Below are positions 23,601 through 36,000 of a stretch of DNA of 64,000 nt, piece by piece. Position numbers and translations under genes: made by a program. Each line of letters opens with the position of its first letter. The first letter of the stretch is position 1. This DNA comes from Perna viridis. Lineage: Eukaryota. The notes beneath the pieces were generated by a model. That model saw nothing but the letters and a program-made list of their open reading frames with translations. It searched no databases and was not told the DNA's origin. The DNA is taken from NCBI GenBank assembly GCA_037379345.1, contig CM074514.1, positions 29,698,001 through 29,762,000 on the forward strand, in the 5' to 3' direction.

Positions 23601-25944
23601 AGTTATTTATATGTTTGTTGTCTTTCAGTCTTTATACGTAATTATGTTGTTATTTACACTGTGTATCGTCTAATTGTTCGTGTTGTTCATGTTTGGGTCA
23701 TATGTACATAGATTTTGATGATTCGACATCGTCCTTCTTTTTGATGCTTTAGTTTTTACCGATATGATGTACTAATTTCGTTAGAAATTTTCATAATTTA
23801 TGGAAGGATTTCGGAGGGGTAATTTAGAATACAAGCTGTGAATTGCCTACAATACATCTAAGTGCATAATCCATGCTAGGATAGTAAAAACCCTTAATTC
23901 ATTAAATTAAACTTAAAAAAAAATATTACCTAAAAGTCAATTCTGCAAAAAAATCAATCCGTCTTTTAGAAAAACTGCGAACACAAAAATGGTACATTCT
24001 ACCATTCATTTAATGGCTAACTCCATGTTACGTTACTGGTAAACACCAAATTCATTCGGTACTTTTTATCAAAATGGCATTACCTAGAATATACATTTGT
24101 GCTGAAAGATTCGTTTTAATCACTAAAAAATGCATGATTAGGGAAGAAAATATTCTAATTACTGTATGTTGTCCCGCTTTGAAGTGGATGAGAGTGCTAC
24201 TTATATCTGTTGTTTATATTAAACATCGACTTGGGTAAGCTGACAAGATGTATTCAAAACAAATATTATATCAACTGCTAAAAACGGTAAGAGAAACATG
24301 AGACAGGAACATATACTAGTACATCACCAAACAAAAACATGCAAAAACAAAACCACCCAATCAACAAGTCCTAAAAAATCACATTGTACAAAACTGTCCA
24401 TGGAATATCGATAAGCTCCTATAAAAATGATGTTTGAGATGAGAGAAGGAAATCCATGACATTCCATCCGCGTCTGGATTTCACAGATAATATAAGCACA
24501 GGTAAATGGAAAATTGACGATACAGAATTAAAATGTGAACTGGGAATGTAAAATAAAAATGTAATTTGTATATTAATTTATCAAACATATCCGCTGTTCT
24601 TCTTTATGCTTACTTTTGTTTCGTAACCTTTCAGATACATGCTTGCCTGTCCAAGTGGTCTACATTGATACGCAAGATTTGGGTTCTATTATCAAACTTG
24701 ATGCTTACAACGTAACACCTGGCATAAAAGATTATAGTGTTTTCAACATTCCACCTCAATGTAAACACATGGATCCGACTCAGAAAAAAAAGGTGAGTTT
24801 GTTGTATTCCTGAATTACTTTGCGGTAAAAGAAGATATCATTAGCTGATAAGTCTATACATCATATATTTAGATTAAAATACAACTTTTTTGTATATGCT
24901 TTATAAGTGTTTGTTTCAACTCTATATCACACCCTAAGACCTATATCGCATACCCTATATCGCACCCCATCACAGAACATACTTGGAGTATGGTTAAAAT
25001 ATATAATGAACATGACATGTTAAAATCTGTATCACATACGCGGCCGGTGGCTCTTGGAGTGATATAGGAGTCTCGGGTTTATACAGCATGTGATACAGAT
25101 TTTGATATGTAATATTCAGTACATATGTTCGATTTGTTTCTAGGTCATTGATAGTAATATTTACCTTTCTTGGTGAGTCCAGAAATTATCAAAACATATA
25201 ACTGTTTATAACATTCTCAGCTAGAATGGAATGATATACTACTAAAAGTAGAATAATAAATGAGTCAGGAGGAACTATATTTCAAGCTGCAACATCGGTA
25301 AACATTGCAATACTAAGGAAAAAGATCGGGTAAGGAATCCTAAATCTATCAAATCATTTCCAAAAACTATTAAAGCAGCTAGAAACTCAATACATCTACT
25401 GCATTGTAAACATTCAACGGTTCCTATGGTCGAAATTGTACCCGATAAATAGGTAACTCGTTCGAAATGATAATAAAAAAGAGTAATCAATGTAACTAAT
25501 ATTCAGTGGAAATCAAAAGAATGTAATCCATGGACAAAGACCAACAGGGAAAACACACACACACACAGACCATAAAACAACCAAAATAATACATACAAAG
25601 CAACAAAAGTATATGAGCAAATCGGACTCCACTAAATACTGGGAGCATGGACCAGGTGCACCGGTAGGGTAAGCGTCCTCTGCTTTTCTACAAAAACCCA
25701 CCGAGTTTCTCCTAAAAAGTCAAGTCCGGGATAGACGAAATAGGAAAGGAAAACTATGAAACGATTAACGAGTTGCAAAAATAAATATCTACGTAATTCT
25801 TTCAATTTGTTTTTATTGTAACTTTCTAATGTAAAATATCGCCAAAGTCATTTTTCTTTATTTCAGGAGACCAATCCTATTAGATCTAGAATTAGAGATG
25901 TTATCCTCAACAAGTTTATACGTCGACAAAAACATGGTTTATAG
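20686..25944 (+). CDS. Ependymin-related secreted glycoprotein (EPDR family), 5 exons, 232 aa
   Basis: Exons 20686-20955, 22574-22655, 22977-23087, 24635-24792, 25867-25944, all GT-AG and phase-compatible (699 nt). Signal peptide, CCTPDQWEG, SYDYVN, DYKN, C..CIN, TCLPV, GIKDYSVFNIPPQC are ependymin hallmarks; N-glycosylation sequons NAT, NAS, NMT, NTS. Confidence 0.9.
21050..21770 (+). mobile_element. Penelope-like element RT remnant in EPDR intron 1
   Basis: Decayed KKDGTIRYKYVVL, IPKG..APLFAD, FRYKD, TKLYD, IVKFPFICGN motifs. Confidence 0.7.
22574..22655 (+). CDS. EPDR exon 2 (not in the ORF track): NVEYEVDNFKDCQKAWMDFNMTKQCIN
   Basis: ttcag acceptor, G|GTAGGT donor, 82 nt bridges phase 0 to phase 1, carries two conserved Cys. 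Confidence 0.88.
25007..25118. mobile_element. Small fold-back/MITE-like element
   Basis: tgaacatgacatgttaaaatctgtatcacat (25007-25037) is complementary to atgtgatacagattttgatatgtaatattca (25088-25118). Confidence 0.65.
25480..25770 (-). mobile_element. Penelope-like element 3' module
   Basis: Reverse complement reads agaaaagcagaggacgcttaccctaccggtgcacctggtccatgctcccag...gagtccgatttgctcat, matching the other copies. Confidence 0.75.
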
Positions 25945-26914
25945 ACAAAAGTATTTGTGAAAAACATTAGTTTTTTTTCATGAGATATTGTCAACATAAC
26001 CTTTTTAAAAAATGTGTATGTATATATTAAAACGTTAAAATGAAAAAAAAATATTTACCTTAAATGTATTTTATTAACTTTTTGTGAAAAGATTCGGTTT
26101 TCCAAATAAACAGATTAACTTATAACTTTTTTCTCAAATCAATTAGCATAATTGTCCGTAAAGATGGTGGCGATTGAGTTAAAATTTTATGCTCAAAGTG
26201 TTCCTCTCAGATACCTTACCTAGTTTGAAGACAAACTTTGAACTCAAAACCGGATTGCTCTGGTCATTGAACGATGAAGCATTTGTTATTCATACGTTAA
26301 TACGATATATGTTTGTCATCATGAGTAAAGGATAAGTTTGTTTAAATGTGATACAAACATTTTTAGATAAATCTGACAGTTCAATGACACACACTTAATT
26401 TATTATGATACAAAATCCGTAAATTATCTTAGGGGACCATAAAGGGTCAAATAATCATTTAGGAATGGTTACAATCCGGTGCTTGTATGAGGTAAACCCC
26501 TCCCCCTTTCTATTGGTTACAATAATCCGGTGCTTGTATGAGGTAAACTCCCCTTTTATGGGAATATATTGTATATATTCTTGTGGTTTATAGAAAGTTC
26601 AGGAATGGGGATATGGGCCTTTGGGGTGTCGTATGGGGCATGGGGATTTTGAACGGAGATAGTGGGTTAATTAGATTAAAAAGTTCAAACTACTTCAGAA
26701 TTATATTTGATTAAATTTAAAACAATAGTTAAAAAATTAAAATAAATTGATATTCCATTTAAAATTAAAAATATAATTATGAAAAATGCAATGGGGGTAA
26801 TTCTATGGGGAAATGGGGTGGGAATGGTATATAGTGTAAAAGTGGAATTCATACTGTTCAAGAGTTGTAGTGGTATTTATTCGATGTGGATCCTGAGCTC
26901 GAGGAAAGTAACAT

Positions 26915-27940
26915 CATTTAGCCAGATCCTTTGATATCAGTTTCCGCTTTATAGATGACGTATTATCTTTAAACAAATTATTTTAACAATTCTAAAAACT
27001 CGTTTCCGGTTTATATATTGAATACAGAATGGATTTGATATCTAAACCGGAAACGAATATCAAACGAATATCGAACAGAAAAAGACAACCTTTGGATATT
27101 CATTTGATATTCATTTAGAGTTTACATTCTTAAAGGTAGCCAGAAATGAGCATCAAACGAATATCAATTGGTAAAATTTTACCGTTTGATATTCAGTTTG
27201 ATATTGAAAAGTTTGAATGTCGAATATCGAACATCGAATATCCAACGTACTTGATCTCGGTGATTTTATACATTGCATCTAACCGCAAGGAACTTGGAGA
27301 GATAGGATACTACATACACTGTAAAGCCAATCATATCTTGACCTACGCTTAGAGATCGATGGAAAGGGAACCAAACTATACGACAAATGCGATTATTTTT
27401 TTCATTCCGTATTAGCAACTTTTCTTTCATCTGTGGCAACATCCTTTCTGCACCTGCTTATGGAGTTTTCTTATCACAACTAATACGTTTTGAGAGCTTG
27501 TCGTAACTACACAGATTTTTTGTTCCGCGCTAGATTTCTTTCAATTAGGCTTTTGGAACAGGGTTATGTTGTTACAAGATTGAAATCATCACTACAAAAG
27601 TTCTATGGTCGTTCTCATAAACTCGTGGATCGTTACCGTGTATCCATCTGTAACATGAGAACCGATTTGTTCAACGGGTCAGTTTTTCTTTCCTCTTTCG
27701 TCTACCTCGGACTTTTAATGAGCGAATCGGTGGGTGTCTCTAGAAAAGGAGAATATGCTTATCCTACCGCTGTACCTTGTCCATACTCTCAGTTTCAGTG
27801 GAGTCTGAAATGCTCATTTACTTGTGTTTCTTTGTACATACTATTTTTGTTATTTTTATGATCTTTGTTGAGTGTGTCTGTTTTCTCTGTATGGCCTTTG
27901 TTTATGATTTCCGCCAGAATCTTGGTTTCCTTAATTTCTT
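26915..27940 (+). mobile_element. Penelope-like element RT and 3' module, split by a nested insertion
   Basis: FRFIDDVLSLN ends ~26975; the continuation GDFIHCI..KEL resumes ~27255; then KLYDK, CGNI..APAYGVF, LLEQGYVVTRLKSSLQKFYGR. Confidence 0.85.
26977..27250. mobile_element. Multi-hairpin non-autonomous insertion inside the Penelope RT
   Basis: Inverted repeats tcgtttccggttta/taaaccggaaacga and two atcaaacgaatatc/gatattca(g)tttgatat pairs. Confidence 0.6.
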
Positions 27941-29425
27941 TGTGTACTAATGATAGTTCTGATGTGTTCAGTTCAGTTCCGTATAGGAAGTGTATAAATA
28001 GATTTGGTGTGTTTCAGTACAAGTGATTATAGAAAGTGTACACTGGTCCTTTTGCCAACCATCTTGCATCTTCAGGATGCACAAAATATACTTATAAAAT
28101 AAGTATTTATAAATAAATAAGATTCGGGAAGAACAATAGAAATGGTTATCAATCGGACCATTTATCACTCCTTTATTGTCATTTTTTTTTCGCATTTATA
28201 TGGGTGTACAAACAGATTTGTCAAAGAAGCAGAGTTAGTGTTTATAGGAATACCAGTATATAGTGGAAACTGACAAGACAAAAAACAGTTTCAGTGGAGG
28301 AATATCAGGACCTGACTTCCAAATAAATGATGCAATAAGTAAGAAAACAATGAACAATTTAACTTTTAATGATATCTGTCCTTATAAATATTAAAATAAC
28401 ATCTGAAATAATCGGGCAGGTTGCATTACAAAGTAGTCTTATCACAAACAAATAAAATAAACATGTGCATGCAAGTGAAAGGAAAATTATAATCATGTGC
28501 CTACACATGGCAATAAGTTTAAGCTATAATAATTATTGAACACATCTAAACTATTTTCTCAAGCAATCTAGATTTGTGCAGTCAGTAGAATGGTACCATA
28601 CTATTTTTTTATGAAAATATGACCAGCAGCTATGTGTTAGAAGTCTTACCAAGCAAAATAGCAAAAAAAAACCCTCCTGTGCAGTCATTTTAACCTAAAA
28701 ACTAACATTAAAAAGTAAACACATTGAAATCAAAGGTCTTAATTTATATATATCAACATTACATGCTACATACAGCAATAGCTGCCAAAACCAAACCCTG
28801 AATAACTGAAAACCTTCTAAAACTAGACATGTTATAAAGTCCCTTCACATCAATCTAAGCATATTTTAATCTTGATAACCTCAACATCTGTCCAAACCAA
28901 ACAAATTTTACAGTCCAAAAGATGTTCAGTTTTAGACAGGTTTTACGGTATAAAAATAAAATGCTTCACAGAAAGCAGCTTAATATAACTGCAGAAGTTG
29001 TACCTTGAACAGTTCGGGCATGTATGGATACACCACACAAGCTTGATACAGCTTTGAATTTTGACTTTGACACATGGTAAGAATTTGACCAGCCTTATAG
29101 GCCCATTATTACTATAAAAGTTCCAGTCAAAACCTCCAAAATCAATCCAAATCTTCTTTAGGGGATGTGATGGCATTTTGTGGTGCTGTTTCAAAGAGTT
29201 TAATTCTGGAAAATGAAAATGCATTTTTTTGGTCCTTTTTTAGTCACCTTCATGTTCAAATCTTTAAAACCCTTAAAATCCATCTGAGTCTGACCTCTGT
29301 GGTAAACAGTATTGTGGAACAATATCATAGACATATATGTGCTTTTACTGGAGTTATATTATTTATGTCTATGAAATGGTTGTTTCTGGCCATTAACTCC
29401 GAAACAGTTTTTGCCATAACCCCTC

Positions 29426-29486
29426 TTGCCTGAATATAGCCGAGATATTGCTGCTCGGGCGTTAAACCCCAACAATCAATCAATCA
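29426..29486 (+). mobile_element. 5'-truncated retroposon tail with TSD
   Basis: tgaatatagccgagatattgc...gttaaaccccaac(aatc)n, the same 3' end as the element at 59798-60318; flanked by ttgccataacccctc / ttgccataatcctc. Confidence 0.75.
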
Positions 29487-31238
29487 TTGCCATAATCCTC
29501 AAAATCAATATAAATCTACAATTTTTCATTTAAACCTGGTTAATAAATTTCAAAACATTCATCCATTTAATATTCAAGTAATCTGACAAAAACCAAGTGT
29601 CTACAGTCGATGATATGTATGACAACAACAATAGCACTATACCATTACACAAAACATCAAGTAATCGAACAAAATCCATATGAAATTCAAAACTGCATAT
29701 ATGAAAATTAAAAATGTATAAAATGGAACAATAACTCAAGCCAACTACTGCTTATAAAAGGTTTAATACATACAATACTAAATAAATGATAAACTGTTAA
29801 GGACACCTATTAGATTAAAATCATATTCAAAATTCTCAACATCATATAAACATGATTTTATAAACAACTGGCTCTAAAGAACCTGAATCACTCACCTGGG
29901 AAAATCAAAATTGAGACACAACTTGAAAAAGTTCACAATGATGCTGGTTGATGATAATTTAACTTATCTGGACAACATGTAAAAAGGATGTTTGCAAGGT
30001 AAGAAGTAATGTACAATAAATAATAAACAGCAGTAAAATCCTGTATGTCTTGTGAGAAATTCATTTCTTCATTTGTTCTGCTGTGCTTTACTTGTGCACA
30101 AAGACAAAATTTCTCAACACTCATGAAAGAAATCTTCACTAGGGACTTGTGTGAGAACAACTTCATCTGCATTGCTTTATAGTTGTCATTTTATTACGTA
30201 TCATAAAAAACCTCTGCATGTAATATACAAGTGATGTTCCTTGAGAATCGAATTTCTATGAGCTGTTGAATATTCATAGAAGTTAAAAATATGAGTCTTG
30301 GACCAAGACAGATCAATTAAACACTCTTCTAACAGCGTTATCTATCCTGAATTTTCAGATGATTTGATTGGACAACTGAAAGGTCACCAAAAAAAATAAC
30401 CTGTAAGTAATGCCCGTTGATCCTTAAACATAGTAAGTTTGGAGTTTGATTCTGATCAGTTTAAAGAATGAATGTGCATGTTATTTTTACACAATTCAGA
30501 AGAGTGAAAAAAAATTCCTATCAGTTATAGAAAATGTTCATATATCACAAAAATACAAAATACAGACTATTGCAATAATAAAAATTTAATGTATGTGGTA
30601 ATACAAATGGATCTTTTTCCTTTTTTTTTTGAACAATTACACCATCATAACTTACTGATACTAAAAGTGAATAGCACACAGAAGAAACAGAAAAAAAATA
30701 TAATTAAAATTCTCATATAAAACTACTACACAGATAGAGAATACTTTCAGAAAGTCAATTCAAAACACTGTAGGACCTCATCAAACATGTATTTCATCAT
30801 CCTGCCAAAACAGGGGAGTGAGATGACGTTCACTCTCTCTGGCATATATACACTGTTTTTGGAGGATATATATCGTAAACTTTATTAAATAAAGACAATA
30901 ATTTAGTTCTGTGAACTATATAACCATGAGACAAATACCTGTATCACCAAGGAGATTAAATCTCCAATATCTATAATAAAAATAAATAACATATAAATTC
31001 ATTAATTATGTGAACACATAATACATGGATGTTTAATGTCACATTAAAAAAAAAACTATGGTATAAATATAATTCATGACTTGTTGGCATACCTTGCCCA
31101 AATTTTATCTGAGGAGTCAAGACGTATAAAATGGTTTACTGCATTTATATTATTATGCACAAATAACAAATCTGACTACTTTACATTCAAGGTAATATAT
31201 ATATTTAATAATAGGTACTACAGCAAGTAAAATCAATA

Positions 31239-32140
31239 TTAAGTGTCAGTCCCTGTAAGAGTCAGGCAGTTGTTCAAACATGGTATGAAAAAACCCATCA
31301 TTTTGATAATGTAATTTGACTATTTGCACCATCAGAATCAAGTTAAAAAGACAATATTTTCCCTATCATGTTGGTAAATTGAGTTATAATTTCATTGAAA
31401 TGCACTGAAAATGTACATTTCAAGGGCAGATAACTATGTCAAAAATCTCATTTTTCTAACATTCTATTGAAAATTTCTGAGTAAGGCCAGTGATGCAGAG
31501 ATTAAACAGTGTTATTTTCGAATAGAGAAAGTATCCTTGAGTGATATTACATTGTTAGATCGGTGGATTTTTTTACATGCATGTTTTAGATTTTTTTCCA
31601 TTTTGCCTGATTCTTACAAATACTTACACTATGTGTGATAGAATTTGTTTTCCTTTGGTTGAATGATCATTCCCTGATAAAATGTCTTGGGCACTGGTAG
31701 TTAACTTGTCAACTGAGAAGAAAATTTAAAACTTTTATTATTCCATGGGAAATTAAATTAAGTGTCTGTCTCTGTAAGAATCAGGCAGTGGGTGAAATAT
31801 GGTATGAAAAATCCCACCATTTTGAAAGTGTAATTTAACTACTTGCAACATCAGAATCAAGCTAAAAGGACAAGGTTTTCCATATCACTTTGGTAAATTG
31901 AGTTATTATTTCATTGAAATGCACTGAAAATGAACTACCTCTGACAAAAAACCTCATTTTTCTATCATTCTATTAAAAAAATTCTCAACAAATCCAGTGG
32001 TACAGGGATCATATAGTGTTTTTTTTCAAATAGAGAAATCATCCTTCAGTGAAATTATGTTATCAGATTGGCAGGTTTTGACATGCATGTTTCTGATTTT
32101 TTTTCCATTTTGCCTGACTCTTACAAATACTTACACTTAA
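31239..32140. mobile_element. Two adjacent diverged copies of a ~385-bp MITE (~31239-31630 and ~31758-32140)
   Basis: Both begin ttaagtgtc...gtaaga(g/a)tcaggca and end tgcctga(t/c)tcttacaaatacttacact; internal sequences align. Confidence 0.8.
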
Positions 32141-33046
32141 TTTTAATTGAAAGTCCAAATCTTGATTGTTCAATTAGCTACCTACAACAGGTCATCAGGT
32201 TATAATCATTCAATCAAGTTAACTATTTTACTCACTATAAGTGCATATTTCATTACAATATTTAAACTAAGACTACCCTCTGAAGGCACTCACTAAGAAC
32301 TTGTTTTCTACATATAAAATAAAAACAAAAAACATTTGACTTAGGAAATTCCACAAATGAAACTTCATACATCGCATTCTCAAAATTTCAGACAGTTCTA
32401 AAAAGTAGTTGAATCTGTTTAATTTTCTTCAAAAGGTGGACGAAGGGAAATGAAAGTTTAAAATAAAAACTATCATTTGTATTTCAGAATGCCATTCTGT
32501 GAGCTACTGCAGCCTGAGCATACCCCATTATCCCCAAAATCTACTGCAAAAGGTTAAAAAATTCAATCATTTGTTTAACTTGGACCACACAAGTGACAGA
32601 CTTGACTTCATTCAGTCCTGTAATAGAACCCCCACTTATGTTGCATGTTAAATATCATGTGACAATAATTTGTAATTCTTGAGCAAAATGGAATGAAAAT
32701 ATTTGTTGCAGATGAACAGATAAAATAGTTTACCCCTCTCCTTCCAGCAATTATTAACAGGTCCAGTCTTATAACAACATCTTCTTGGAACAAAAAATAA
32801 TATGCTAAAGTAAAGTTTCTTACACTGGTATAAGGGACCATTCTATGAATAGCCCTATTTTGTTATGGGACTAAGTTAATGGACTTTAAAACTTAGTATT
32901 AATTATAGTGAGCTAAAATTGAATGATCTACAATTTATAAAATCAATACTTCATACAAACCAATGTTTAAATAACTTTTAACCAAACCTTACACACATTA
33001 ACAAACAAGAAAACACACAAGCATTCATGCTAAGTTTCATCACGGT

Positions 33047-36000
33047 TTATTCTTTCAGTCTTAACAGCTGTCCTGAGGTTGTCTGTATACTGTAAAATAC
33101 ATAATATAAAGTTAGGCTGTATATGGTAAAGTACATATTACCACAAAATAAAGACATTAAATCCTGATAAGTAACAGTATGAAAGATTCCAAAAGGAGTT
33201 TCAGAATACCCTACCCACCAAATTCTTTACCACTAAACATTGTATACACTTAAGATTATTTGATCTTTTTCAATAAGAACTGTTAAAGTCAGAATATTTT
33301 TTTAAATCCCTACCTACATACACTTTTTTTTCAAAAGTGTAAACGGAAACACACAATTATATATTATTTTTTTGCCTTATATTTATGGAATTTTTATTGA
33401 AAATAGAATAGTCAGATACAGCTTTTCTACAACTAAATCAAGATTCCCTGAATGATGATGGTTCTAAATTTATAGAATCTCTTTCAGCTGGGATTTTTTG
33501 TCAATACCAAAGATAACAGGATATATGAATATTAGAACACTTTGAGTATAACTTGGGCAACATCTAAATTTCATATCAGTGTACTACTGAAAGTACTAGG
33601 CAACCATACAAATCCGTTATAATTGAATATCTTCAGTTTAAGAACATACCTGTGTATAAGATCAGCACCAATTATATCCTGGATGTGGTATGTAAGACCT
33701 AATCTACACATCTTAGGTAATTTCCTTTGTTCTAGATCCTTTAATTACAGAGAACATACTCATAATTTGTAATAATTAATATTTCCAATGGTATTACAGC
33801 TTACTACTATATTACATAGTATCTATGTACATGTATTGACATACAAATTGATGGCAAGCCCGTGTGAGCTGAGATGAACTGTTGTAAATTTTTGTAAGTA
33901 TTTTTTATTTAAAATCTGAATTAGTTCAAAATTGAATAAATTTGTAAAAGAATGCACTGTAACCATTAAAGCATATGGAGAAATCTAAAATATCCATAAT
34001 ATGCAATTTATTGCATTAATATCAGAGAATATTGTCCTGAGCAGATATTATTTTGCACAAGCTACCAATGCATGACGGACTGCTGGCCCTTAAAGTGATA
34101 TAGGTGTCTTGGGTTGATATGACATGCAATACAGACTTTTAAATGTAATATTTAGTACATAGCTCAGTAATTCTGCTTGAGAAAATTTAGAAAGTGTCAA
34201 TATTTGCCATGTACTAAGTATGAACCAAGTTTAATAAAGAATCATTACAATATGTTGATTTTAAAATGTACACAAGGAAATTACAGAATAAGAAATGGAC
34301 AGTAGCATTACAATATGTCTGTTGAACTTCCATTATTAAAAGATGCATAAGGTTTAAATTGTACTAATGGTCACTTGCCTAAAAAATACTTGAGACAAAT
34401 TTTAATTTTGATTTAAATATAATGAAACCTGTCTGAACCAAACCTTGAAAGTTTCAAAACCTGTCTAAACAAGACACTTTTAAAAGTTTCTTTCAGTTAA
34501 AATGTAATTTGAACCTTGGTACCAAAAATACCAGTCTGGTCTAAACCCAACCAATAAAGTCAAAAAGTGATTTGGTTTAGACAAGTTTCCCAGCAGGATC
34601 ATCCTCTATGTATTACTTACATTTTTAAGTATCTCTTTATACTTGCTCTTTTTAATCATTGTAAGTATGGCTTTCCTTCCTCTTACTAAACTTTTCATAA
34701 ACATGCCTGTATTAGGTACTGCTAACCAGAAACTTCCAACAGTTCTCACTGTTAAAACACAGGCTTTGACTAGTAGCCTAAAGTTGATGGAAAAAATGTT
34801 AAAACTATATCTAACTATTTACTTAAAATTCAATGTTAAAAATTTGTAATTAATAAAGGGGATGAAGCATCAGCGTTGTTCTATAAATAGAATCAGAAAC
34901 ACAAATGGTTCAAAATGGTTCTGTGGGAAACAGCGTACTGAATTTGATAGCGATTGTTTTAACTTTAAATGCTGGCGTAGGTCACCTACATGCAACAATG
35001 TCCTTAAAACAGAAATTTTCGTAAATTTAGAATTAATTAATTATTGCAATTTTAAAAAAATTTCTGCATAAGTAATGCTATTTTTTGCAATATCAAAAGC
35101 ATCACAATATATTTTTCATTCTACAGTATTAATGGGAAAAATATCACTCACAAGAAACTTGATTTTCCATTCTTTATCTTGAACTTGAAAAATATAGTCA
35201 AGTTGATTTAAAAAAAAATGGGTTTAAGTTTACTACAATTTTATTTCTACTCACGTAATATCATCATCTTTAAAGTTATACTCGTTAATGAGGGTATCCT
35301 GGTTAATGAACACATCAGAACATCTCTTCACTATATTATTTACAAATTTATCTGGAATAAAAAAATTCTTACACTGTATACTGCTATAAAATTATTTCCT
35401 CAACAAAGCATGTGTAAAAGGATTTCAAAATGAGACAGAATGATGTTTGTTTGGTCTTTACTCATAGAGTTATGTTTAGAGGTGATCCATAAATAACATA
35501 TCCACATCCACATGAACAATTAATAAGATAACCACATAGACACAGAAAACTTTTTTTCAACAGTCTTTATAGTTTAGCTTCTTATTGTTAAAGACACTTT
35601 TTCATGGAAACGCAAGTCACATGCTCGTAATTCTATTTCTTGATTGGCCAAATACTGATAACTTAGAGGCATTTGAAAAAAAACTGCCTTGAAAATTGAA
35701 ATATTGTTTCATGTTTTATTATTTTTTTTAATGAAATGTAGAAAATTATTAGTAAAAAGAACAAATTTTACTGTGTTAGAAATTCTTGTTTTAAAGATAG
35801 TACTGTTACTCGTTTTAAAGTGTGAGGCCCTATTGCCAACTCGAGATGTGTATTATTTGTTAAGCTGTTTACAGAAGTTGTTCCTACAGATGTACCTGCC
35901 ACAGTTTTAGGTATTGAGAATTCTGCCATTACTCTGGTTACATGGCACCGGTAATCTTCAGTATAAACCACAGCACATTCATCTAAGTCAGACCCTAGTT

